This document shows, in pieces, positions 51,964 through 61,001 of a DNA stretch of 64,000 bases. This DNA comes from Bdellovibrionales bacterium (lineage in GTDB: Bacteria; Bdellovibrionota; Bdellovibrionia; Bdellovibrionales; UBA1609), in assembly GCA_965219095.1 (NCBI GenBank), contig CBDCMT010000001.1, positions 2,112,001 to 2,176,000 on the forward strand. Reading direction: 5' to 3'. How positions within the stretch are numbered: the first letter of the stretch is position 1; each line of letters opens with the position of its first letter. Below the pieces are notes generated by a model. The model made no database searches and was not told where the DNA came from. It saw only the letters and a program-made list of their open reading frames with translations. The translations under genes and the position numbers were made by a program.

Positions 51964-53762
51964 CCTAAAATCCCTCTGAGTTATACCATTTCCAAAAATT
52001 AATTCGACATTTTTTTAACGCATTGCGTCCTGGCTTTTTGATAAAACTCTGTTAAATTTTTAGAGTCATGTCGAAAAAAGATTTAGTTACACAGATTCAA
52101 GGGTATAATTTTCTAGCTACTTACAAAGTAGAAAGAAGTGCCAACATCAAGACAAAATTATTGGCTTTGCAGCATATGCAAGAAGGAAAATCGATTCAAG
52201 AAACAGCAGGTATGGTTTTGTATCACCGTCACAGTATCAAATCCTGGTTACAGTCTTTTTTTGTAGACTTTGATTACGAGGGATTGATAGATCGAGAAGG
52301 CAGAGGACGCAAGCCTCGTTTGCCAGTAACAGAAGAAGAGAGGTTCAAAATCAAGTTAGATGAAATTCAAGACAAAAGAGAGGGAGGAAGCATAGGAGCA
52401 AAGGGAATACAGAAACTTTTAGCAGATGAATTTAACTGTTGCTATTCTCTTTCTGGGGTTTATGTTTCTTTAGACCGCCTTAATATTGTATGGATCAGTG
52501 GTCGTTCTCTTCATCCTAAAAGTTCATTAAGAAGCTATGGAACAGTTTAAGGAACATTTTCCAGAAGAGGTGGAGAAAATAAAAGAAAAGATTCAGACTC
52601 ATAAAATAGAGATTTGGTGGCAGGATGAATGCAGAATAAGCTCAGCAAGGTTCTTTGAGCAGGATTTGGGCAAGAAAAGGCACACGGCCTAGAGTTGTGA
52701 GGCAAAGACAATTTTTATCCACTTATATTTTTGGAGCAGTTTGTCCGGATAAAGATAAAGGCTGTGCTTGGATTTTACCGGAATGTAATTCAGGGATGAT
52801 GCAAATTCACTTAGATGAGATATCTAAAAATATTCAAGAAAACTATCATGGAATTGTTTTAATGGACAGAGCCAGTTGGCATACCACAGAGACTTTGATA
52901 GTTCCTAAGAATTTATCCCTGATGCCTTTACCTCCTTATAGTCCAGAATTAAATCCCATGGAACAAGTCTGGCAACAATTACGAAGGATCAAATTATCGA
53001 ATGCATGTTTTAAAAACTATGACCATATACTGAATACTTGTTGTGAGGCCTGGAATACTTTTTGCGATCAGGAGGGCAGGATTAAAAAATTATGCACTCG
53101 ATCTTGGGCAAAACAACAAGATGAATCAAGCTTGTAAATTAATTTGAACCTATAAATTAAATTGCGTAACTGATTTTTTTCATTTTACATCTTAACCTCA
53201 CTTTTTTACACTTATTTTAACCCATCAATCGATTCACACAACAATAGATATACATAAAATAAACTTATCTTATGAAAACTTAAACTCACCTTAAAAGAAG
53301 TTTTTTTAAAACCTCCTAACTGAAACTTTTCCTTAAGTCAATTTTAAAATTTTAAATTTGAACATGAAAATGTCGAATTAATTTCTGTAATTGGTATTAT
53401 AACTAGGTTTGAGCTTTTTCAACAATTTAAACGCCGAAAAAATTTCTTTTTGACGTTTTGATACTTCGGCTAAAATGATCTTATCATTTGCAAGATGGTA
53501 AACTTTAAGTTGATCAAGTGTTCTAAATAACTCCTTTTTAGTAACTTTTTTGTATAACTTTTCTTGATTCATAATTTTATCAATATGAGAAATTAAAATC
53601 AAAGCCAAAAAGTTTATAAAAACACTTCCCTTCATTGAAGTGGATGATTTTACCCTACTCCTTTTTTCAAGAATATTGTGCTTAAAAGATCTAAATAATC
53701 TTTCTATCCCATCTCTACTGCGATAAAGCGATAACACATCCTTCCGATCTAAGCCCCTATTC
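51964..53762 (-). mobile_element. Second IS1634-like element (3' remnant) interrupted by IS630-B
   Basis: LYRSRDGIERLFRSFK...SVFINFLALIL at 53397-53737; continues across the TTA TSD to end CCTAAAATCC at 51964. Confidence 0.7.
51984..53396 (+). mobile_element. IS630-B copy 3 (ORFs 52068-52550 and 52655-53137), TSD TTA
   Basis: Ends TACCATTTCC...AATTGGTA; TTA at 51981-51983 and 53397-53399. Confidence 0.93.
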
Positions 53763-53810
53763 GCCTCCTCAAAAGAACCTCCGGGAACCCACAGATTCCC
53801 GGGAGGAGCC
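53763..53810. mobile_element. 48-bp mini-ISL3 with right and left IR ends
   Basis: GCCTCCTCAAAAGAACCTCCGGGAACCCACAGATTCCCGGGAGGAGCC. Confidence 0.85.
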
Positions 53811-53981
53811 CTTTTTATAAAGGTCTATAAAAAAACACTCCCTATTTACAAAAATATAAACTTTTTTGCAAGACAACCTTTTTGTTACTTAAGTTACATA
53901 AACCTCTCTAATAACGCACAAAGTCTTAAAGGACCTCCCTAGAATTATTGAAATTGTAATCAAAAGAAGCTAAAAGTAAGT

Positions 53982-54365
53982 ATGTCTGTTTCAAAAGTCA
54001 TTTGTAGTTCTAAAGCTCCTCAACCTGTAGGCCCCTATAGTCAGGCCATTCAAGTGGGGCATTTTGTGTTTTTATCGGGGCAGATTCCTATTTGTGCTAA
54101 GACTAATGAACTTGTTTTAGGGTCTATTGAGAAACAAACTGATCAGGTAATGAAAAACATAGGCTTTGTTCTTCAAGAAGCTGGTCTAAACTTTGAACAT
54201 ATTGTCAAAGCCACAATTTTTCTTACTTCTTTAGAGAATTTTAATAAAGTCAATGCCATTTACTCTAGTTATTTTTCAGAAGCCCCTCCTTCCCGTTCCT
54301 GTGTTGAAGTTTCTAAACTGCCTAAAAATGTTGATGTAGAGATTGAAGTGGTGGCTTTTTGTTAA
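53982..54365 (+). CDS. ridA: RidA family enamine/imine deaminase
   Basis: AP.PVGPYSQA, LSGQIP, PPSRSCVEVSKLP, VEIE. Confidence 0.93.
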   Translation: MSVSKVICSSKAPQPVGPYSQAIQVGHFVFLSGQIPICAKTNELVLGSIEKQTDQVMKNIGFVLQEAGLNFEHIVKATIFLTSLENFNKVNAIYSSYFSEAPPSRSCVEVSKLPKNVDVEIEVVAFC

Positions 54366-54387
54366 GTTTTTAACTCTTGTGAAGTTT

Positions 54388-54945
54388 ATGAAAATGATTA
54401 ACATATATACATTTTTTACAGTTTTTATTTTTATTTTTTCTTTTTTGTTCTTAAAAGAACTTCAAAAAGTTAAAAAATTTGAAATCACCTCATGGACTCA
54501 AGATCAAACAGCCGATTGTGCTGTTAGTCTCACTGGAAAAGCCTATCGAATTGAAGAGGGGTTTAATTTGTTAGTACAAAAACAAATCAAAAATCTTATT
54601 ATATCTGGAGTTCACAAAAGTTCTTCTTTAGAAGAGATCTTTCCTGCTTGGCCGTTTTATGGGAGCCTTGATAAAAAAAGAGTTATTTTAGATAAAGTTT
54701 CTAAAACAACTTATAGTAATGCTCAACAAAGTTTATTTCTAGCAAAAACCATAGGATGCAAATCTCTTATTGTCATCACTTCTCACCTTCATATGTACAG
54801 AGCTTATAAAACCTTTCAGGCGATTTTTCCAAGCCATATTCAACTCCAATCTCGCTCCGTGGTCTCAGGACGTCTTAAACCTAGCATAAGAGAATTTTTT
54901 ACTGAAACCTTTAAATCCTTATTCTATAATTTATGGGTATATTAG
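54388..54945 (+). CDS. YdcF/DUF218 family protein
   Basis: LTG...RI, LIISG, TTYSNA, ITSHLHMYRA; start uncertain (54343-54394). Confidence 0.82.
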   Translation: MKMINIYTFFTVFIFIFSFLFLKELQKVKKFEITSWTQDQTADCAVSLTGKAYRIEEGFNLLVQKQIKNLIISGVHKSSSLEEIFPAWPFYGSLDKKRVILDKVSKTTYSNAQQSLFLAKTIGCKSLIVITSHLHMYRAYKTFQAIFPSHIQLQSRSVVSGRLKPSIREFFTETFKSLFYNLWVY

Positions 54946-56145
54946 GTGTTTAAAAATCATTTAGGTTTTTATTTTTTAAAAAATTACCTTTTTTCTAAAA
55001 GATCTGATTCCATTGTAAAAGTGATCTCCTATATTAGTATAATAACTATGTCTTTGGCCTTTTTTTCTTTTTTACTTGTTCTTTCTGTGATGAAAGGATT
55101 GAAGGAATCTTCTGTGTCTAGGTATCTGAAAGCAGAGCCTCATTTAGAAGTTATAGTTCCCTCCCCTAAAGACAAAAGAATTGCTTCACTTGAAAAAAGT
55201 TTGAATAATCAAAATGTAAAAAGACATTACATTTTTGAAAGCCAAGACTTGATCCTGAAAAATTCAGAAGGATTGCTTTCAGGAGTAAAGGCTATAGGTT
55301 TAAAAAAGAAGAATCTTATTAGATTTTTTAATAAGCCAGAAAATAAGAAATTAGCTCAAGATCTCTTAAAAAAAGAAGTACTCATAGGTGCCGACATAGC
55401 CTATACCCATAATTTTCTAGAAGGTGAAAGTTTGACAGCTTTCCCTCTAGAAGCAGCTCTTTACCCTGTGGGAGAAGTTCCTCTTTCAGAGTCTGTAAGT
55501 ATAAAGGGTCTGTTTAGTTTAGACGTTCCTGAGATTGATGGATCTACTATTTTTTATGTCATAAACGATACTTTTTCAGACTTTCGCAACTCAAAACAAA
55601 AAACCATAGGAGTTCATGTTAAATTAAAAAATCCTTACAAATACAAGGTTTTAGAAAATGATATAAAAGCTCTTGGATTTCAAGTGTCTTCTTGGAAGGA
55701 TCGCAATTCTGATTTTTTCTTCTCTCTCCAGCTAGAGAAACTGGTTATGGCTTTGTTTTTAGTCCTTACAGGACTTTTAGCTTCTTTCTCAGTTTCGACC
55801 GTATTATCTCTTTTAATAGAACAAAAGCAACAAGAGATCTCCACTTTAATGTCAATAGGTCTATGCTTAAACAGTGTAAAAAAACTTTTTAGACAAATTA
55901 GCTTCTTACTCTCATTTTTGGGTTTAGCTATTGGTTTGGGGCTTTCTATTCTCGTTTGTCTTTATTTAGAGGCCTATCCTCTTTATCTTCTCCCCTCCCA
56001 TGTGTTTTACGATTCAAGTCTTCCTGTTCATTTGACTTTAGATACCTTTTTATTTGTTTTTACTGTGGGGATTTTTATAGTTTTTCTCAACTCAAGACTT
56101 GCTGTTTTAGGATTTAAACCCCTTTTAAGAAGAAACTCATCATGA
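54946..56145 (+). CDS. lolE: Lipoprotein-releasing ABC permease, LolC/E family
   Basis: LVLSVMKG, SWKDRNSDFFFSLQLEK, EISTLMSIG, FYDSSLPV. Confidence 0.8.
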   Translation: MFKNHLGFYFLKNYLFSKRSDSIVKVISYISIITMSLAFFSFLLVLSVMKGLKESSVSRYLKAEPHLEVIVPSPKDKRIASLEKSLNNQNVKRHYIFESQDLILKNSEGLLSGVKAIGLKKKNLIRFFNKPENKKLAQDLLKKEVLIGADIAYTHNFLEGESLTAFPLEAALYPVGEVPLSESVSIKGLFSLDVPEIDGSTIFYVINDTFSDFRNSKQKTIGVHVKLKNPYKYKVLENDIKALGFQVSSWKDRNSDFFFSLQLEKLVMALFLVLTGLLASFSVSTVLSLLIEQKQQEISTLMSIGLCLNSVKKLFRQISFLLSFLGLAIGLGLSILVCLYLEAYPLYLLPSHVFYDSSLPVHLTLDTFLFVFTVGIFIVFLNSRLAVLGFKPLLRRNSS

Positions 56146-57026
56146 AAGCATTTCATTGTGCTAGTTACGGCAAATGGATCTTATGCGGTGAACATGCTGT
56201 CTTGAGAAACCATTCAGCTTTAGTTTTTCCTATCTACTCTAAAAAGCTAAACTTCCACTATAAGCCGGAAGATAAGCCCTTAAATGTAAGAGGAGAAGGA
56301 GGCTTTAGCGAACATTATAGATTTTTGTTTTTATCTATTTATCATAAAGCCCTAGATATGCTAAACATAAAATCTTTAAGAGGGGAGATTCATCTTTCAG
56401 GAAATTTGCCCGTAGGCTCAGGCTTAGGAGCATCAGCTAGCGTGTCTGTTATTTTAGGAAAGTGGTTTAAATTTTTGGGTTTTATAAAAACAGAAGAACT
56501 TTTTAGTTTTTGTAAAGGTCTAGAGGATGTTTTTCATGGAGAAAGTAGTGGCGCTGATATTGCCGTTAATTTAGAAGAAAAGCCTATTTGTTTTACAAAA
56601 ACCTCTTCACAGCCTATCATTCATCCTTTACGGTTAAAATGGAATCCTTACTGGCTTTTATCTTTTTCAGGAGAAATGGGATTCACAGCAGATTGTGTAA
56701 GAAAAGTCAAAGATCTATTCAAAACTGATCCTCAACACGCAAGAAAACTTGATCTGACCATGAAAGAGGCTGTGGAAGAAGCTTCAAAGGCAATTTGTGT
56801 TTTAGATCAAAAGGAAGGACTCTATGTCTTAAAAGAGGCTGTTGATAAGGCTTATGCTTGCTTTAAAGGTTGGGGTTTGATCACTGATCATTTAGAAAGT
56901 TATATGGAAAGCCTAAGAGAGAAAAATTGTTTAGCCTTAAAACCCACAGGAGCTGGTGAAGGAGGTTATGTGCTGTCTTTGTGGAACTCTTATCCCACAC
57001 TCCAGAAATCTTTTATTAAGATTTAG
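56142..57026 (+). CDS. mvk: Mevalonate kinase (GHMP family)
   Basis: GKWILCGEHAV, PVGSGLGASAS, HGESSGAD, KPTGAGEGG. Confidence 0.85.
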   Translation: MKAFHCASYGKWILCGEHAVLRNHSALVFPIYSKKLNFHYKPEDKPLNVRGEGGFSEHYRFLFLSIYHKALDMLNIKSLRGEIHLSGNLPVGSGLGASASVSVILGKWFKFLGFIKTEELFSFCKGLEDVFHGESSGADIAVNLEEKPICFTKTSSQPIIHPLRLKWNPYWLLSFSGEMGFTADCVRKVKDLFKTDPQHARKLDLTMKEAVEEASKAICVLDQKEGLYVLKEAVDKAYACFKGWGLITDHLESYMESLREKNCLALKPTGAGEGGYVLSLWNSYPTLQKSFIKI

Positions 57027-57299
57027 TTTACAACCTCTTCCCTCATAATGAAACCTCAAGCACTCTTCTAACGATCAAACGTTTTATATGTCGAAAAATT
57101 TTATCTCTCCATGGAAAGTATAGCTTGTATTTTTTACTATTTCCCTACAAATCATGAATTGAAAATCGTTTTATTTGTAAGAATATTTTGTATAATCAAC
57201 ATAACCCTCTTTTTGTCTCAAAATGAGTCACTCGGACTAAAGGTATAAACTGAATCTGTCGATAAAAGATTGTAAAAAAAAATAAAAAAAGGGAAAGGA

Positions 57300-57992
57300 A
57301 TGAAATCTTTAATCATAATTTTACTATCAGTCTTGAGCGTACAAGTAAAAGCTAGCCATTGTACTGAAGAGTGTTGTAAGATTGAGAATTTTAAGGCAAA
57401 TAATTGTCCAGAAGCAAAAATTTTAAGCTCGAATCTTTTGAGCGACTCCGGTTTTATGACTCTTTTTATGGGGAGTTTGGGAGTTTCCAGTGCTACAGCA
57501 GCCCTTACAGACTCCGTTAAAAAAGCATGCCTTGTGAATGCAGGCTTATCTGGCACTCTAGCTTATAAAACTTACAAACACAAAATGGCCTGTCAAGTCA
57601 AAATGAGTGATACACACAGTTCTCTATGTGTCGCAAATTTAGAGAGATTAAAAGTACAATTGATGGTTGCTATGACATCCCTCCTAGCTTCTACAGGTTG
57701 TGCGGCTGTTTTAGAAGTCAATGAAAAAATGGATGATAAACTAAACCGTTTAGGTGATGATGTAAATAAAATCAAAACCAAAACGATAATAGAAATAGGA
57801 AATATGATCGATCAAAAAATAGAAGCATCAATAAATAGACTAAAAAACAGTGACGAAATAAAAGCTCTTAAGGCTCAACTGTTGGAAGATATAAAAAATG
57901 AAGTCAGTGGTGTAAAGGGCGAAGCGTTGCAAGATATAGAAAACATGATCGATAGAAAAATAGATGAATATAGAAAAAAACTGGGAATCTAA
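57300..57992 (+). CDS. Hypothetical secreted Cys-rich protein with coiled-coil tail
   Basis: Signal peptide ending VKA; small-residue hydrophobic helices; repeated IxNMIDxKI. Confidence 0.7.
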   Translation: MKSLIIILLSVLSVQVKASHCTEECCKIENFKANNCPEAKILSSNLLSDSGFMTLFMGSLGVSSATAALTDSVKKACLVNAGLSGTLAYKTYKHKMACQVKMSDTHSSLCVANLERLKVQLMVAMTSLLASTGCAAVLEVNEKMDDKLNRLGDDVNKIKTKTIIEIGNMIDQKIEASINRLKNSDEIKALKAQLLEDIKNEVSGVKGEALQDIENMIDRKIDEYRKKLGI

Positions 57993-58073
57993 GTTAAGAG
58001 ATATCGTTTTTTAGTTTTAAAATATGCAAGTATTTAAAGTATGAAGCGTTTATTGATAGGGAGATAAGGGATT

Positions 58074-59291
58074 ATGAAGGGATATTTTTTTTCTCTATAC
58101 CCATTGCTGTTCTTGATTTTTTTAATTTTTTCATTTTTTTTATTTCAAAACTGTTCTTTTAGAATAAAAGGCGAGGATTCAGAAAGCGAGTTCTCAATTT
58201 CGGCAATTTTTGAAACTTCAGAAGAGTGTTGGAATTCTGATTTTCAGAGTTGCATTTTTTTTAAAAATCCTTTTTATTCTATGTCCATTCAAGATCAAAA
58301 CAATTTTTCTATAAAGGAAAGTTGGTTCAAAGAAGATTTAAGTTTATTTCAAATTCAAGCTATTGATCTTGAAGGTCTAGACTCTTCAGGTTTTTTAAAA
58401 AATGAAAGATTCTCTGTTATACCTTATGAGGATGAAAGACTTTCTGTCAAATCAATGGGAGAGAATAAGTTAAAATTTCACTACCCTTCTTCAGAATTAG
58501 CTCAAATAACTGCATACTACTGGACTCATAGAACTTTGAATCTCATAGAAAGCTTCATGCCTAAAGAAACCATAGCTCATACAGAAACATTCCAAGTCCA
58601 TACAAAAGCAAAAACAACAGGATGGTCTTCAAAAAAGAAATCCATATATCTTGGATATGATGAACAACTGGATACAGCCTTCAGTGCTGAAACCACCATT
58701 CATCTTGTAGCAGAAGCCAGTCTTTTTTTTCAAACCAATGGTGCTGTCTATAAACTTAAAGATAAGACAAAACATATCACTTGTGGTTTCATGCAAAAAG
58801 ATAAAACAGTGGCTTTATATAAAGACCACTGCTGTTCTTTAAAGAGGGGTTGCTCTAAAGCCCTTATTTTTGGGCAAGGCGATTATATTGTAAGTTTGTT
58901 CTTTCCTAGGGCTCCTATTGTAGGGGAAAGCTATGCTGGCAGTCTCACAGGTTTAAGCTACTGCGGAATTTCAAGAAACCTTAGCGAAGTGCGTCAAAAA
59001 ACTGCAGAAGAGTTCTTTACTGCTTGTTCAGAAGAGGGAATGCCAGGGCAGATTTTCACTATGGGGATTTTTTATGCCTCTCTTTGGTGGAACATCAGGC
59101 AACAAGCTCTCCTTGAGAAAAAAGAAGATGACGTAGATAAGCTTTTCTTCCTTCATCTCTTAAGATTAAACGGTGATGATGACATTATAACAGCCTTTGA
59201 GAAAGTCAGAAATTTAGATTCAGAAATTTTTCCTAAAGAAGAAAGTCTTTATTCTTTATTTGAAGAGGAACTTAAAGAGAGAGGGCTTTAG
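58074..59291 (+). CDS. Lipoprotein with degenerate M36/M4 metallopeptidase-like fold
   Basis: FQNCS lipobox; AYYW, IYLG, ALIFGQGDY, GIFYASLWWNIR; no HExxH. Confidence 0.6.
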   Translation: MKGYFFSLYPLLFLIFLIFSFFLFQNCSFRIKGEDSESEFSISAIFETSEECWNSDFQSCIFFKNPFYSMSIQDQNNFSIKESWFKEDLSLFQIQAIDLEGLDSSGFLKNERFSVIPYEDERLSVKSMGENKLKFHYPSSELAQITAYYWTHRTLNLIESFMPKETIAHTETFQVHTKAKTTGWSSKKKSIYLGYDEQLDTAFSAETTIHLVAEASLFFQTNGAVYKLKDKTKHITCGFMQKDKTVALYKDHCCSLKRGCSKALIFGQGDYIVSLFFPRAPIVGESYAGSLTGLSYCGISRNLSEVRQKTAEEFFTACSEEGMPGQIFTMGIFYASLWWNIRQQALLEKKEDDVDKLFFLHLLRLNGDDDIITAFEKVRNLDSEIFPKEESLYSLFEEELKERGL

Positions 59292-59294
59292 AAC

Positions 59295-59530
59295 ATGTTA
59301 AGAAGAAAAAAACTTTATTTTATTTTTTATTTAATAACTTTTTTATCTATTATGGCCATAGGAGTTTATTTTAATTCCACAAAGCCAAAAAGCATTTCTA
59401 AAGTAACCCAAGAAAAAACGGTTCAAAAAGAAAATATTGCAAAAAAAAGCTCTTCCTTTTCTTCACAAGCGTTAACGAAAACCTCATCAACAAACATACC
59501 AAATTCTGAAAGAAAGGATTCTCTGTCAAA
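59295..59530 (+). pseudogene. Membrane-anchored protein truncated by the inverted lolE-mvk copy
   Basis: N-terminal TM and low-complexity linker; frame runs into antisense mvk at 59531. Confidence 0.6.
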
Positions 59531-60392
59531 ATCAGCGCCACTACTTTCTCCATGAAAAACATCCTCTAGACCTTTACAAAAACTAAAAAGTTCTTCTGTT
59601 TTTATAAAGCCTAAAAATTTAAACCACTTTCCTAAAATAACAGACACGCTAGCTGAGGCTCCTAAGCCTGAGCCTACGGGCAAATTTCCTGAAAGATGAA
59701 TCTCCCCTCTTAAAGATTTTATGTTTAGCATATCTAGGGCTTTATGATAAATGGATAAAAACAAAAATCTGTAATGCTCGCTAAAATTCCCTTCGCTTCT
59801 TACATTTAAAGGCTTATCTTCTGGTTCATAGTAGAGGTTTAGCTTTTTAGAGTAAATAGGAAAAACTAAAGCGGAATGGTTTCTTAAAACAGCATGTTCA
59901 CCGCATAAGATCCATTTGCCGTAACTAGCACAATTAAATGTTTTCATGAGAAGTATCCCTTAAAAGAGGTTTAAATCCTGAAACAGCAAGTCTTGAATTG
60001 AGAAAAACCATAAAAACCCCTGCTGTTAAAACAAATAAAAAGGTATCTAAAGTTAAGCGAACAGGAAGGCTCGAATCATAAAACACATGGGAGGGGAGAA
60101 GGTACAGAGGATGAGTCTCTAAGTAAAGACAAACAAGAACAGAAAGCCCCAAACCAATAGCTAAACCTAAAAAGGAGAGTAAAAAGCTAATTTATCTAAA
60201 AAGTTTTTTCACATTATCTAAAGAGAGTCCTATTGACATTAAAGTGGAGATATCTTGTTGTTTCTGCTCTATTAAAAGAGATAGCACAGTCGAAACTGAA
60301 AAAGAGGCTAAAATTCCTGTGAGGGCTAAAAACAAAGCCATGACAAATTTCTCTAGCTGGAGAGAGAAGAAAAAATCAGAATTACGATCTTT
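59531..60392 (-). pseudogene. Inverted diverged partial copy of lolE 3' end and mvk 5' half (source 55696-56558)
   Basis: Reverse-complement match; nonsense CAA>TAA at ~60192-60194; mvk fragment ends at SSGAD. Confidence 0.92.
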
Positions 60393-61001
60393 GCCGAGCT
60401 CCACTAGCATGCTGATGAATCGATACGTAATACCAATTACAGAAATTAATTCGACATTTTCATGTTCAAATTTAAAATTTTAAAATTGACTTAAGGAAAA
60501 GTTTCAGTTAGGAGGTTTTAAAAAAACTTCTTTTAAGGTGAGTTTAAGTTTTCATAAGATAAGTTTATTTCAGGTATATCTATTTGTTGTGTAAATCGAT
60601 TGATGGGTTAAAATAAGTGTAAAAAAGTGAGGGTAAAATTTAAAATAACAAAAATCAGTTACACAATTTAATTTATAGGTTCAAATTAATTTACAAGCTT
60701 GATTCATCTTGTTGTTTTGTCCAAGATCGAGTGCATAATTTTTTAATCCTGCCCTCCTGATCGCAAAAAGTATTCCAGGCCTCACAACAAGTATTCAGTA
60801 TATGGTCATAGTTTTTAAAACATGCATTCGATAATTTGATCCTTCGTAATTGTTGCCAGACTTGTTCCATGGGATTTAATTCTGGACTATAAGGAGGTAA
60901 AGGCATCAGGGATAAATTCTTAGGAACTATCAAAGTCTCTGTGGTATGCCAACTGGCTCTGTCCATTAAAACAATTCCATGATAGTTTTCTTGAATATTT
61001 T

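Noticed and set aside
16737..53810. 48-bp palindromic repeats as a CRISPR array
   Set aside because: Copies are dispersed, not tandem with spacers; they match ISL3 ends; no cas genes
59423..59530. Novel C-terminus on the second mevalonate kinase ORF
   Set aside because: Antisense read-through into the 59295 gene beyond the duplication breakpoint
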